This document shows positions 53,911 to 63,153 of a stretch of 64,000 nucleotides of DNA, in pieces. The first letter of the stretch is position 1. Each line of letters begins with the position of its first letter. Position numbers and translations under genes: made by a program. Source of the stretch: Solirubrobacterales bacterium (GTDB lineage Bacteria > Actinomycetota > Thermoleophilia > Solirubrobacterales > 70-9); contig JAIBCJ010000003.1 of NCBI GenBank assembly GCA_019694145.1, positions 1,736-65,735 of the forward strand. Reading direction: 5' to 3'. Under the pieces are notes generated by a model, which had not been told where the DNA came from, made no database searches, and worked only from the letters and a program-made list of their open reading frames with translations.

Positions 53911-53933
53911 CCGGGTAAAGGACGGTTACCCGG
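53911..53933. promoter_or_regulatory. Candidate TetR operator
   Basis: Inverted repeat CCGGGTAA-N7-TTACCCGG ending 18 nt upstream of the TetR start. Confidence 0.35.
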
Positions 53934-53951
53934 TTGACCGAAGGGCCAGGG

Positions 53952-54503
53952 ATGCCAGAGCAATCGAGAAAACCGAGGGTTTCACAGGAAGCTCGGCGAG
54001 CCGAGGTCATCGACGCGGCCCTGATCGAGTTCGGGCGCTGCGGCTACGCCGGCACTTCAACCTCGATGATTGCCAACCGGGCCGGAATCCGCCAGCCGTA
54101 CATCTACGCCCTGTTCGAGAACAAGCGGGCCCTCTTTCTCGCCTGTCACGAAGTCCTCAACGACCGGATCCGGGAAACTTTCCGGAACGCGGCCCTGCCC
54201 GAGGACAGTCCCTATGAACGAGTCCGGAAGATGGGACTCGCCTATCTCGGCCTGCTTCACGATGACGACCGGGTCCGCTGCCACCTCCAGGTCTTTGCCG
54301 CGGCCGGCAGCGACGACCTGAAGGAACCGATCCGGGAAGGGTTCAACCGGCTCTTTGAAGACGTGCTCGAGATGAGCGAGGCGAGCCGGCCCGAAGTGGC
54401 CCGCTTCTTCGCGACCGGCATGCTGCTCAACGCGATGGCTGCCCTGGACGAACCGTTCGAGATGATCCGCTATCTGGAAGTCACCCCGGAGGACGAACTT
54501 TGA
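53952..54503 (+). CDS. TetR-family transcriptional regulator
   Basis: HTH TSTSMIANRAGIRQPYIYALF. Start taken at ATG 53952. Confidence 0.8.
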   Translation: MPEQSRKPRVSQEARRAEVIDAALIEFGRCGYAGTSTSMIANRAGIRQPYIYALFENKRALFLACHEVLNDRIRETFRNAALPEDSPYERVRKMGLAYLGLLHDDDRVRCHLQVFAAAGSDDLKEPIREGFNRLFEDVLEMSEASRPEVARFFATGMLLNAMAALDEPFEMIRYLEVTPEDEL

Positions 54504-55222
54504 CCGGCCCTCACCCCAGACTCACGGCCCTGCTGGTCACCGGGATCCTGCTCTTCCCGGTCGCGGCCGGAGCGAAATACCAGAAGACCCAGCCGGTCGG
54601 GTGGGGTCCGCGAACCAGCAAGGCAGCCGCGAAGCTGGTCAAGCGCAACGGCTACGAGCCGCGCCCGATCAACTACCGGGACAATCACCGGGTACCAGGC
54701 GAAAAGCTGCTCCGCGCCTGGCGCAAGCGCAGCGACATGCCGTACAAGCGTTTCGTCGACGGCCGCTTCAAGGGCACGACCGACGAGATCATCCAGTGGG
54801 CCTCCCTCAAGTGGGGCATTGATACCGACACGATGCGCGCCGCCGCGGTGGTCGAATCCTGGTGGGACATGGACGTGCGCGGCGACAACGGAGATTCATT
54901 CGGCCTCTATCAGGTGCGCCGGCCCTACCACTGCTGGGGCAAATGCAAGATCGCCCGATACTTCACCGCCTTCAACGCCGACTACTACGGCGCGATCATC
55001 CGTTCCTACTACGACGGCAAGCAGACCTGGCTGAACACCGTTTCCGGCAACGGCAAGAAGTACCGGGCCGGGGATCTCGAGGGCAGCATGGGCGCCTGGT
55101 ACTCGGGACGCTGGTGGGGCCCGCCGGAACGCCCGATCGAGCCATACCTCGAGAAGATCGCCCGGCAGAAGGCCGACCGGACCTGGCGCCACGCGGACTT
55201 CATCGCCTACCGGCAGCCCTAG
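54500..55222 (+). CDS. Exported lytic-transglycosylase-like protein (SLT-type, tentative)
   Basis: TTG start overlapping the TetR stop. Signal peptide LLVTGILLFPVAAGA. Catalytic-type E-S (AAVVESWWD) followed by GLYQV. Confidence 0.55.
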   Translation: MTGPHPRLTALLVTGILLFPVAAGAKYQKTQPVGWGPRTSKAAAKLVKRNGYEPRPINYRDNHRVPGEKLLRAWRKRSDMPYKRFVDGRFKGTTDEIIQWASLKWGIDTDTMRAAAVVESWWDMDVRGDNGDSFGLYQVRRPYHCWGKCKIARYFTAFNADYYGAIIRSYYDGKQTWLNTVSGNGKKYRAGDLEGSMGAWYSGRWWGPPERPIEPYLEKIARQKADRTWRHADFIAYRQP

Positions 55223-55236
55223 GGCCTACCGGAAAT

Positions 55237-55260
55237 GAACCTGCCACCCGCGGCAGGTTC
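55237..55260. terminator. Hairpin between convergent genes
   Basis: Perfect 9-bp stem GAACCTGCC / GGCAGGTTC with a 6-nt loop. Confidence 0.5.
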
Positions 55261-55283
55261 CGAATCCGCCAGGGAGTTTTTGC

Positions 55284-57341
55284 CTAGCGGCCCTTGCGGC
55301 GAAGCTGAACCACGGCCTGCCGCACCACGGTGTTGTTCGAGCGCAGGACGAAGGTGACGGGAAGCTTGACGCCACGCTGGGCGCGCCAGGTCACCCGGAT
55401 CCGGTAATTGAGATTTCTGGTCGCCCCGACCCCGAGCGTTCCCAGGTTGCGGCAGCGGTTGCCGGCCAGCTTCAGAGCCCGCTTGCGGAGGTTCACGCAA
55501 ATCCTCGTGTTGTTCGACGATACCCCGCCCAGGTTCGAGGCCTTGACCCTGATCCGGACGACCTTGCCCTTGCGTCGGGCGGCGTGGCCGGGCTTTGCCG
55601 TGATCGAGTTCCGGGTCCGGTTGAGGCCGGTGCCGGTCAGGTTGGCGACCTCGTTTCCGCCGTCCGAGGTAACCGAAATCTGTGCGGTCTGGCTCGCGGT
55701 CGAACCGGGCGTGAAAGTCACCGTGAAGCGGCAATTGGTGTTGGGGGTCATTTCCCTGATGCAGTCGTCGGCTCCGCTCATCGCGTAACGATCGGCGTTG
55801 GCTCCGCCCAGGGTGATCCCGGTGACCGTGTTGGTGGTCTGCCCCGTGCTGCGGATCGAGATCGAGACGCTCCGCTTCGTACCGATGTCGGCATGGCCGA
55901 AGTTGAAGCTGTCCGGATCCACGCTGATCCCGGGGTCTTCGAAGGTCATCACCATGGCCGACCCGACCGGACCGGTGATTCCGGTGAAGGCGGCCAGTGT
56001 CTTGCCGCCGTCGGTCAGTACGTAACCCGGATCTTCGCTGTAGGTGAAGCCACCGGAGGGCGTCACCGGGTCATAGGAACTGTTCGAGAACCGGGTGAAA
56101 TTGGTGGTGTTCTGCCCCGGCAGCGCTCCCAGCTCGACGCCACCCGCGATGCCGGTGTTATTCGAGTTGACGGCGATCGCCGGGGAGCCGACCGCGGTCG
56201 CTTCGGTGGTCGTGTTGGCCCAGCCCTGGCCGACCGGAAGCGGAACCCCGTTCAGCACGTTGATCATGATCCGCCAGGTCTCGACCCGCTGGCCGCCGCC
56301 GTCAAGGTCGTGGATCCAGGCGATGGCCGGCTGCCCGGTGAAGGACTCGGCCGCGACGACGCCACTGATCGGGTACGGGCTCAGATAGATGGTCGGTGAG
56401 GCGTTGGTGGCTGAAGCCGCCCCTCCCGTGCTGAGTGGCACCCCCTTGGCCGTACGCAGCCACTGGACCGACCAGTTGTAGAAGGTGTTGAAGGTGTTGA
56501 AATCGATCGTCTTCTTGTAACAGACCCAGAAGGCGTTCATGGCTCCGTCGGAGCCGTAGGCGATCTGAATGTCGAAGGGATCGGCACAGTCCGCCCCGCT
56601 CGCATTCGTGTACAGGAGGACGGTGGTGGTGACCGTGTCATTGGCCATGACGTCGGCGTTGGCGACCTGGCTGGTCGCCGCCGAGCCCTGGGGCCACATG
56701 ACCCGGTAGAAGTATGGGTCGCCCGCCGTGGTCGGAGGGGCGGCGCCGACATCGGGCGGACCGGGCGCAGCCGAGGCGGCGGACAGGTTGTGAACCGTCC
56801 CGGAACTGCCGTCGGACGCGACCCTGACGGCCTGGACGACCGGCTCGGTGCCGTCAAAGCGGAGCCAGGCAAGACCGGCGGTGCCGTCGGCGCCGACGGC
56901 GATCGCGAGGTCGCTGGCATCCTGGCCGGCCGGCCCGTTGACCGACCGGTCGGTGACCGCCCCGACGGTGCCGTCGGCGGCGATCGAAACCGACTGGATG
57001 AAATCGGAAGTGCCGCTCTCGTTGGTCCATCCGACCACCGCCGAGCCGTCAGCCCGGCTGGCGATAACGGGATTGTTGGCGTTCTGGCCGACCGGAGAGA
57101 GGGTGACGATCGGACCCTGGGTGCCATCGATCTGGACTCGGGTGCCCTGGATCAGGTTGAAACCGCCCACGTCACGCTTCCAGACGACCCAGGAAGTGCC
57201 GTCGCTGCCACCGGCCACCGTGGTCTGGCTGACGCTGGTCCCGGGCCCGGAAACCGTGGCCGGCGAAGTCCAGCCGGCGCTCGCGAGCGAAGGCGAAGCC
57301 ATCAGCAGGCAGGCAAAGGCGAAAGTCGCCAGCGCGCCCAT
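55284..57341 (-). CDS. Exported protein with repetitive beta-rich region, choice-of-anchor-D-like domain and basic C-terminal tail
   Basis: Start ATG 57341 with signal peptide MGALATFAFACLLMASPSLASA. Domain FNFGHADIGTKRSVSISIRSTGQTTNTVTGITLGGANADRYAMSGADDCIREMTPNTNCRFTVTFTPGSTASQTAQISVTSDG. Tail ends AVVQLRRKGR. Confidence 0.7.
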   Translation of the reverse strand: MGALATFAFACLLMASPSLASAGWTSPATVSGPGTSVSQTTVAGGSDGTSWVVWKRDVGGFNLIQGTRVQIDGTQGPIVTLSPVGQNANNPVIASRADGSAVVGWTNESGTSDFIQSVSIAADGTVGAVTDRSVNGPAGQDASDLAIAVGADGTAGLAWLRFDGTEPVVQAVRVASDGSSGTVHNLSAASAAPGPPDVGAAPPTTAGDPYFYRVMWPQGSAATSQVANADVMANDTVTTTVLLYTNASGADCADPFDIQIAYGSDGAMNAFWVCYKKTIDFNTFNTFYNWSVQWLRTAKGVPLSTGGAASATNASPTIYLSPYPISGVVAAESFTGQPAIAWIHDLDGGGQRVETWRIMINVLNGVPLPVGQGWANTTTEATAVGSPAIAVNSNNTGIAGGVELGALPGQNTTNFTRFSNSSYDPVTPSGGFTYSEDPGYVLTDGGKTLAAFTGITGPVGSAMVMTFEDPGISVDPDSFNFGHADIGTKRSVSISIRSTGQTTNTVTGITLGGANADRYAMSGADDCIREMTPNTNCRFTVTFTPGSTASQTAQISVTSDGGNEVANLTGTGLNRTRNSITAKPGHAARRKGKVVRIRVKASNLGGVSSNNTRICVNLRKRALKLAGNRCRNLGTLGVGATRNLNYRIRVTWRAQRGVKLPVTFVLRSNNTVVRQAVVQLRRKGR

Positions 57342-57480
57342 AATCGATCCGGTTTTTGCACGGCCATACCGCAAGCGAACCCTCCGTCCCAGTTGCTGTC
57401 GGGTCAGTCTAGCTGTAGGAACACCGGAAACAATCAAGTGACGCGGTCGGTGAGGTGAGAAGCGGCGGAAGCGACGCTGC

Positions 57481-60111
57481 TCAGTCGGCAGCCGACTCGG
57501 CGGCGGGACCGTCGGCCACGTCAGGCTTGACCGCCGGAGGCTCGCTCGAGGGGGAATCGGTGGAACCGGCCCCGACACCGACCTTCTCCTGACCGTCTTC
57601 CTTCTTCTTGCGAGGCTTCCGCGGCTTGGTGATCTTCAGCTTGAGCGGCTTGTCGTCATCGTCGCCCGACTCGTCGCGGGTTACCGTGACCAGTGACCCG
57701 GCCACCGAATCGCCGCCGCCCGCCTTCAGCACCTCGTCGGCCAGCGGATCCTCGATGTAGCGCTGGATCGCCCGGCGGAGCGGTCGGGCGCCCATCGACG
57801 GGTCCCAGCCCTTGTCGGCGAGGAAGTCCTTGGCGCCGTTGTCGAGCTCGAGCATCAGCTCGTGCTCGGCCACCTGGTTCCTGACCCTTGCCAGCATCAG
57901 CTCGATGATCTCGCGCACTTCCTCGCGACTCAGCTTGTGGAAGACGATCACTTCGTCGATCCGGTTGAGGAACTCCGGCCGGAAGACCTTCCGGAGCTCG
58001 CTCATGATGCGACCCTTCATGTCGTCGTAGGTGATGCCGGTGTCGTCGGAGACCGTGAAGCCGATGCCCTGGTTGCGGGCGATCTCGGAAGCCCCGATGT
58101 TCGAGGTCATGATGATGATCGCGTTGCGGAAGTCCACGGTGCGGCCCTGCGAATCGGTCAGGCGGCCGTCTTCCAGGATCTGGAGCAGGATGTTGAAGAC
58201 ATCCGGGTGGGCCTTCTCGATCTCGTCGAGCAGCAGCACCGAGTACGGCTTGCGGCGCACGGCCTCGGTCAGCTGGCCGCCCTCGTCGTAGCCGACGTAG
58301 CCGGGGGGCGAGCCAACCAGACGGCTGACCGCATGCTTCTCCATGTACTCGGACATGTCGATCCGGACCATTGATTCCTCGTCGCCGAAGAGGAACTCGG
58401 CCAGGGTCCTCGCGAGCTCCGTCTTGCCGACGCCCGATGGGCCGAGGAAGACGAATGAGCCGGCCGGACGCTTCGGGTCCTTGATGCCGGCCCGCGAGCG
58501 ACGGATCGCCTTCGAGACGGCTTCGATCGCGGCTTCCTGACCGATCACGCGCTTGTGCAGCTCGCTCTCCATCTGGATCAGCTTCTTGGTCTCGGCCTCG
58601 GTCAGCTTGAAGACCGGGATGCCGGTCCACATCGAGACGATGTCGGCGATCTCTTCCTCGCCGAGCACCGGGCGCTCGCCCTCCTCGCCTTCGGCCCACT
58701 CCTCTTCGAGCTGGCGCTTGCGGGTGGTGAGCTGGCGTTCGGTGTCACGCAGGTTGGCGGCCTTCTCGAATTCCTGGGCCTCGATCGCGGCTTCCTTCTC
58801 GCGCCGGGCGGTCTCGATCTCTTCTTCGAGATCGCGGTAGACCGGTGGAGCGGTCATCGACTTGATCCGCATCCGCGAGGCGGCTTCGTCAATCAGGTCG
58901 ATCGCCTTGTCCGGCAGGAAACGGTCGGAGATGTAACGGTCGGCCAGCTCGGCCGCGGCTTCCAGGGCGTCATCGGAGATCTGGACCTTGTGGTGCTGCT
59001 CGTAGCGCTCGCGCAGGCCTTCGAGGATCTTCACGGTCTGTTCCGGGGTCGGCTGTTCGACCCGGATCTGCTGGAAGCGGCGCTCCAGGGCAGAGTCGCG
59101 TTCGAGGTACTTGCGGTACTCGTCGAGGGTGGTCGCGCCGATCGTCTGGATCTCGCCACGGGCCAGGGCCGGCTTGAGGATCGAGGCCGCGTCAATGGCG
59201 CCCTCGGCGGCGCCGGCACCGACCAGATTGTGGATCTCGTCGATGAAGAGGACGATGTCACCCCGGGAGGCGATTTCCTTCATCACTTTCTTGAGCCGTT
59301 CCTCGAACTCGCCGCGGTACTTGGAGCCGGCGACCAGTGCGGCCAGGTCCAGGGTGTAGATCTGCTTGCCGCGCAGCATCTCCGGGACCTCGCCCTTGAT
59401 GATGCGGGCGGCCAGACCCTCGACCACGGCGGTCTTGCCGACCCCGGGCTCACCCAGCAGGACCGGGTTGTTCTTGGTGCGGCGGGAAAGGATCTGCATG
59501 ATCCGCTCGATCTCGGTCTCGCGACCGACGACCGGATCCAGCTTGCCGTCCTCGGCCAGCTTGGTCAGGTTGCGGCCGAACTGGTCGAGCAGCTTCGAGG
59601 ACTTCTTGCCGGAACCCTCGCCCTGGCTTGAGCCGGAGGAGGAACCGCTGCCACTCTGGCCGGGCCGGCGGCCGCCGGGGCCGGAAAGCATGCGGATGAC
59701 CTCGTTGCGGATCTTGTCCGAGTCGGCGTCGAAGTCGAGCAGGATGCGGGCCGCGACACCTTCGTTCTCACGGACCAGTCCAAGCAGGATGTGCTCGGTG
59801 CCGATGTAGTTGTGGCCGAGGCTGAGCGCCTCGCGCAGGGCCAGCTCCAGCACCTTCTTCGCCCGCGGCGTGAAGGGGATCTGGCCGGATGTGACTTCTT
59901 CACCGGAGCCGACAATCCGGACCACCTGTGCCCGGACGCGCTCGACGGTGATTTCAAGTGATTCCAGGACCCGCGCGGCGAGACCTTCTTCCTCGCGAAG
60001 CAGCCCGAGCAGGATGTGCTCGGTGCCGATGTAGTTGTGCTTGAGCGTTCTCGCTTCTTCCTGAGCGAGGACGACTACCTGACGTGCGCGTTCTGTGAAT
60101 CTCTCGAACAA
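57481..60111 (-). CDS. clpC: ATP-dependent Clp protease ATP-binding subunit ClpC
   Basis: Two Clp_N repeats. Walker A GEPGVGKT and [11 protein letters not shown]-like linker. TTG start ([13 protein letters not shown]). Confidence 0.95.
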   Translation of the reverse strand: MFERFTERARQVVVLAQEEARTLKHNYIGTEHILLGLLREEEGLAARVLESLEITVERVRAQVVRIVGSGEEVTSGQIPFTPRAKKVLELALREALSLGHNYIGTEHILLGLVRENEGVAARILLDFDADSDKIRNEVIRMLSGPGGRRPGQSGSGSSSGSSQGEGSGKKSSKLLDQFGRNLTKLAEDGKLDPVVGRETEIERIMQILSRRTKNNPVLLGEPGVGKTAVVEGLAARIIKGEVPEMLRGKQIYTLDLAALVAGSKYRGEFEERLKKVMKEIASRGDIVLFIDEIHNLVGAGAAEGAIDAASILKPALARGEIQTIGATTLDEYRKYLERDSALERRFQQIRVEQPTPEQTVKILEGLRERYEQHHKVQISDDALEAAAELADRYISDRFLPDKAIDLIDEAASRMRIKSMTAPPVYRDLEEEIETARREKEAAIEAQEFEKAANLRDTERQLTTRKRQLEEEWAEGEEGERPVLGEEEIADIVSMWTGIPVFKLTEAETKKLIQMESELHKRVIGQEAAIEAVSKAIRRSRAGIKDPKRPAGSFVFLGPSGVGKTELARTLAEFLFGDEESMVRIDMSEYMEKHAVSRLVGSPPGYVGYDEGGQLTEAVRRKPYSVLLLDEIEKAHPDVFNILLQILEDGRLTDSQGRTVDFRNAIIIMTSNIGASEIARNQGIGFTVSDDTGITYDDMKGRIMSELRKVFRPEFLNRIDEVIVFHKLSREEVREIIELMLARVRNQVAEHELMLELDNGAKDFLADKGWDPSMGARPLRRAIQRYIEDPLADEVLKAGGGDSVAGSLVTVTRDESGDDDDKPLKLKITKPRKPRKKKEDGQEKVGVGAGSTDSPSSEPPAVKPDVADGPAAESAAD

Positions 60112-60160
60112 GTTTCTTCTTCTACCTCAAACCTCGATGGTTGCCTGAGTATCGGTGATT

Positions 60161-60185
60161 GGTCGGTCGGTTTTTCTGGTCGGTC
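60161..60185. promoter_or_regulatory. Direct-repeat element in the clpC upstream region
   Basis: GGTCGGTCGG-TTTTTCT-GGTCGGTC, 50-75 nt upstream of the clpC start. Confidence 0.25.
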
Positions 60186-60360
60186 TTGCGAGTCGGCAAA
60201 GTGCCGGCTGCCCTATCCCTGTTTCAGTCGTGAAACACCTTGGGATCTGACCTCCGGTCTTGGGGGATCGAGCGAATAAGCCAGTATAACGAGGCGCCTC
60301 CTCGGGCTGGATCGGCAATGCGGGGTTGATCGGGGCATCTTGCGGCGTTATGGTCGGCTC

Positions 60361-60987
60361 ATGAGGGAGCACAAGCGGGGAGTTGAGTTCCGGTGGCTGC
60401 CGATCCTTGCCGCGGCCCTGGTTTCCCTCGCGCTGGTGATCCCGATGCTGGCACCCACACCTTCCGGGGCCGCCTACCCGTCCAGCTTCCGGCGCCATCA
60501 GGAGCAGTACTGGGTCTGGTACGCCCCCCGGAGCTGGATCGCTTCCTCCGGCAAATACGACCTCAACATCAGCTCGGCGACCGGCACCCTCTGGAACAAA
60601 TACGGATACAGCGCCGTCGTCTGTTACAACCCCGCCGCCTGGTTCAAGTACCTGCGCAACAACTACCGGGATACCGCCGGGGCCGGTTTCGGCATCTACT
60701 CGAAGCCGCTGAGCCGCACCCATTTCACGCGGATCGGCAGGATCAAGCAGTTGCCGAAGGCCAGGTACGGCCCCGCCTATTTCCGGCAGAAGCTGCTCTG
60801 GACCGGCCGCCGGAAGGGCAGCGGCCAGGTGATCAGGGGCGAGATGATCATGGACATCTTCGCGATCGACTCTTTCGGAAACTGCGCCCAGCGATTCCAG
60901 ACCCGCGGCGCCCCGGCCCGTGGAAATGCGGCAAGCATCAGGCTGCTGCGCCTGGTTCAGTCGACGATCACCCAGCGAAACCTGTGA
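60361..60987 (+). CDS. Hypothetical exported protein (paralog A)
   Basis: ATG 60361. Signal/TM segment LPILAAALVSLALVIPMLAPTPSGAA. Normal aromatic-rich composition and high GC3. Confidence 0.6.
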   Translation: MREHKRGVEFRWLPILAAALVSLALVIPMLAPTPSGAAYPSSFRRHQEQYWVWYAPRSWIASSGKYDLNISSATGTLWNKYGYSAVVCYNPAAWFKYLRNNYRDTAGAGFGIYSKPLSRTHFTRIGRIKQLPKARYGPAYFRQKLLWTGRRKGSGQVIRGEMIMDIFAIDSFGNCAQRFQTRGAPARGNAASIRLLRLVQSTITQRNL

Positions 60988-61020
60988 GGCAACGCTGCCG
61001 GTGAGGTTAGGCTTGCGAAC

Positions 61021-61599
61021 ATGAAGCGCTCGTCCGTCGTCACTTTCGCCCTTGCCCTTGCGACCGTTGCCGCGCTGCTGGCGCCGGCCTCCCCCGCCTC
61101 GGCCCGGGACGAGGTCCACCGCTGCACCAACTGGTCCTGGACCGGGCCGTCGAGTTGGGACGCGGTCTGCAGCAAGCAGGGCATCAGCATCTCCTCGCCG
61201 GACGGGCGCCGCGGAATCGACTGGGGCTTCAGCAACATCTTCTGTGTCCGCGCGAACAGTTACCGGCAGTCGGCGGCGAGATTCATCGCCAGCCAGCGCC
61301 AGAGCATCAACGGACTTCGCTTCGTGCGCAAGGGCCGGCTGCGCCAGGTTGGCCGGCTCTACTTCCGCCAGACCTTCATCGTCACGGCGGGCCGGGGACG
61401 GAACGCCGGCAAGGGCCAGCTGGTCTTCGATTACGCCGCCGCCGACAACACCGGCACCTACTGCTACCAGAGCTCCAAGCTCTTCATGGTTCCGCGTGGC
61501 GACTACCGGCGCGGCATCAGGCAGCTGATCCGGATCTACCATTCGGCCGGCTACTTCGGACCGGGCCTGCCCAAGGGCCCGAACGGCGAACCGGCCTGA
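61021..61599 (+). CDS. Hypothetical exported protein (paralog B)
   Basis: Signal peptide MKRSSVVTFALALATVAALLAPASPASA. Shares blocks with paralog A (see findings). Confidence 0.6.
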   Translation: MKRSSVVTFALALATVAALLAPASPASARDEVHRCTNWSWTGPSSWDAVCSKQGISISSPDGRRGIDWGFSNIFCVRANSYRQSAARFIASQRQSINGLRFVRKGRLRQVGRLYFRQTFIVTAGRGRNAGKGQLVFDYAAADNTGTYCYQSSKLFMVPRGDYRRGIRQLIRIYHSAGYFGPGLPKGPNGEPA

Positions 61600-61629
61600 G
61601 GGTCGGGGCCACGCCCCGCGGCCGGTCGA

Positions 61630-63129
61630 TCAGTCCCGCATCGCCGGGAAGAGAACCACTTCCCGGAGGGAGCCGGCACCGGTCAGCATCATCACCAGGC
61701 GGTCGATGCCGAGCCCGACACCGCCGGTCGGCGGCATGCCCTGTTCCAGCGCCTCGATGAATGACTCGTCGAAGGGCTGGGCCTCTTCGTCGCCCCGGTC
61801 GATCTCGGCCGCCTGCTGTTCGAAGCGGCGCCGCTGCTCGTCCGGGTCGTTCAGCTCGGTGAACGAATTGGCGATCTCGACACCGCCGATGAAGGCCTCC
61901 CAGCGCTCGACCTTCCCCGGCTTGTCCCGGTGCTGCTTGGCGAAGGGAGAAAGCTCTTCCGGGTAATCGAGGATGAAGGTGGGTTCGACCAGCCGGGGCT
62001 CGACCCGTTTCGAGAAGACCGTGTCCACGAGCTTGCCCCAGCCGGCGGTCTCGTCTTCGTTGCCGATCGCCTCCGAAAGGGCATCCCGATCGGTCAGCTC
62101 GTCGATGTCAATCCCCGAATGCTCGAGGATCGCGTCGCGGAGGGTGACCCGGTGCCATGGCGCGGCGAGGCTGATCGTTCGGCCGTCCCGCTCGATCTCC
62201 GCCTTGCCGAGCACCTTTTCGGCGACCCCGGAGACCAGTTCCTCGAGCTCGGCCGCGGTGTCGCTGTAATCCGCGTAGGCCTCGTACCACTCGAGCATCG
62301 TGAACTCGGGGTTGTGCTTCATCGAGATGCCCTCGTTGCGGAAGTCCTTGCCCAGTTCATAGACCTTGTCGATGCCGCCGACCACGCAACGCTTGAGGTA
62401 GAGCTCGGTCGCGATGCGCAGAAAAAGCTGACGGTCGAGAGCGTTGTGATGGGTCACGAAAGGCCGGGCCAGGGCACCGCCGTAAAGCGGCTGGAGGACC
62501 GGTGTCTCGACCTCGAAGAATCCGTGGTCGTCGAGCCAGCGGCGGACCTCGCTCACGGTGCGGGCACGGACGCGGAAGATCTCGCGTGACTCTTCGTTGG
62601 CAATCAGGTCGAGTTCGCGGCGGCGATACCTGGTCTCGGTGTCCTCGAGCCCGTGGAACTTGTCCGGGGGCGGCCTGAGTGCCTTGGTCAGGACCTGCCA
62701 GGAGGTGACTTCAAGGGAAAGCTGCCCGCGGCGGGTAACGATCGCCCGGCCCTCGACCCCGACGAAGTCACCGAGGTCGAGGTCGTCGAGCAGCGCGTAC
62801 TGATCTCCGAGCACGTCGGCCTTGGCGTGGAGCTGGATCTGTCCGGACGCGTCCCGCAGGTCGATGAAGGCCGCCTTGCCGTGGCCGCGACGGCCGCTGA
62901 TCCGGCCGGCGACCCGGTGCACCGCTTCCGTTTCGACGCCGGCTTCGAGGCCTTCGTGGGCGGCGATTACCTCGCTGATCTCCTCACGAGGAGAAAACGA
63001 ATGCGGGAAGGGATCCACCCCCGCGGCACGCAGGCGGTCCAGCTTCTCGCGACGCTCGGCGAGGATGCCGGCGAAACCCTCGACCTGGCCCTCTTCGGTC
63101 CCGGCCTCCTGGTTTTCGGCTTCGCTCAT
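61630..63129 (-). CDS. lysS: Lysyl-tRNA synthetase (class II)
   Basis: OB-fold N-domain. Class II motif 2 region FRNEGISMKHNPEFTMLE. Motif 3 GLGIDRLVMMLTG. Confidence 0.92.
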   Translation of the reverse strand: MSEAENQEAGTEEGQVEGFAGILAERREKLDRLRAAGVDPFPHSFSPREEISEVIAAHEGLEAGVETEAVHRVAGRISGRRGHGKAAFIDLRDASGQIQLHAKADVLGDQYALLDDLDLGDFVGVEGRAIVTRRGQLSLEVTSWQVLTKALRPPPDKFHGLEDTETRYRRRELDLIANEESREIFRVRARTVSEVRRWLDDHGFFEVETPVLQPLYGGALARPFVTHHNALDRQLFLRIATELYLKRCVVGGIDKVYELGKDFRNEGISMKHNPEFTMLEWYEAYADYSDTAAELEELVSGVAEKVLGKAEIERDGRTISLAAPWHRVTLRDAILEHSGIDIDELTDRDALSEAIGNEDETAGWGKLVDTVFSKRVEPRLVEPTFILDYPEELSPFAKQHRDKPGKVERWEAFIGGVEIANSFTELNDPDEQRRRFEQQAAEIDRGDEEAQPFDESFIEALEQGMPPTGGVGLGIDRLVMMLTGAGSLREVVLFPAMRD

Positions 63130-63153
63130 CGCCGGCCCTTTCCGGTCAGTTGA

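Noticed and set aside
60127-61542. 471-aa minus-strand ORF spanning both tandem paralog genes
   Set aside because: Its composition (R/G/A/P/D-rich, no hydrophobic core pattern) is typical of an antisense frame. The two plus-strand ORFs have signal peptides, balanced composition and mutual similarity.
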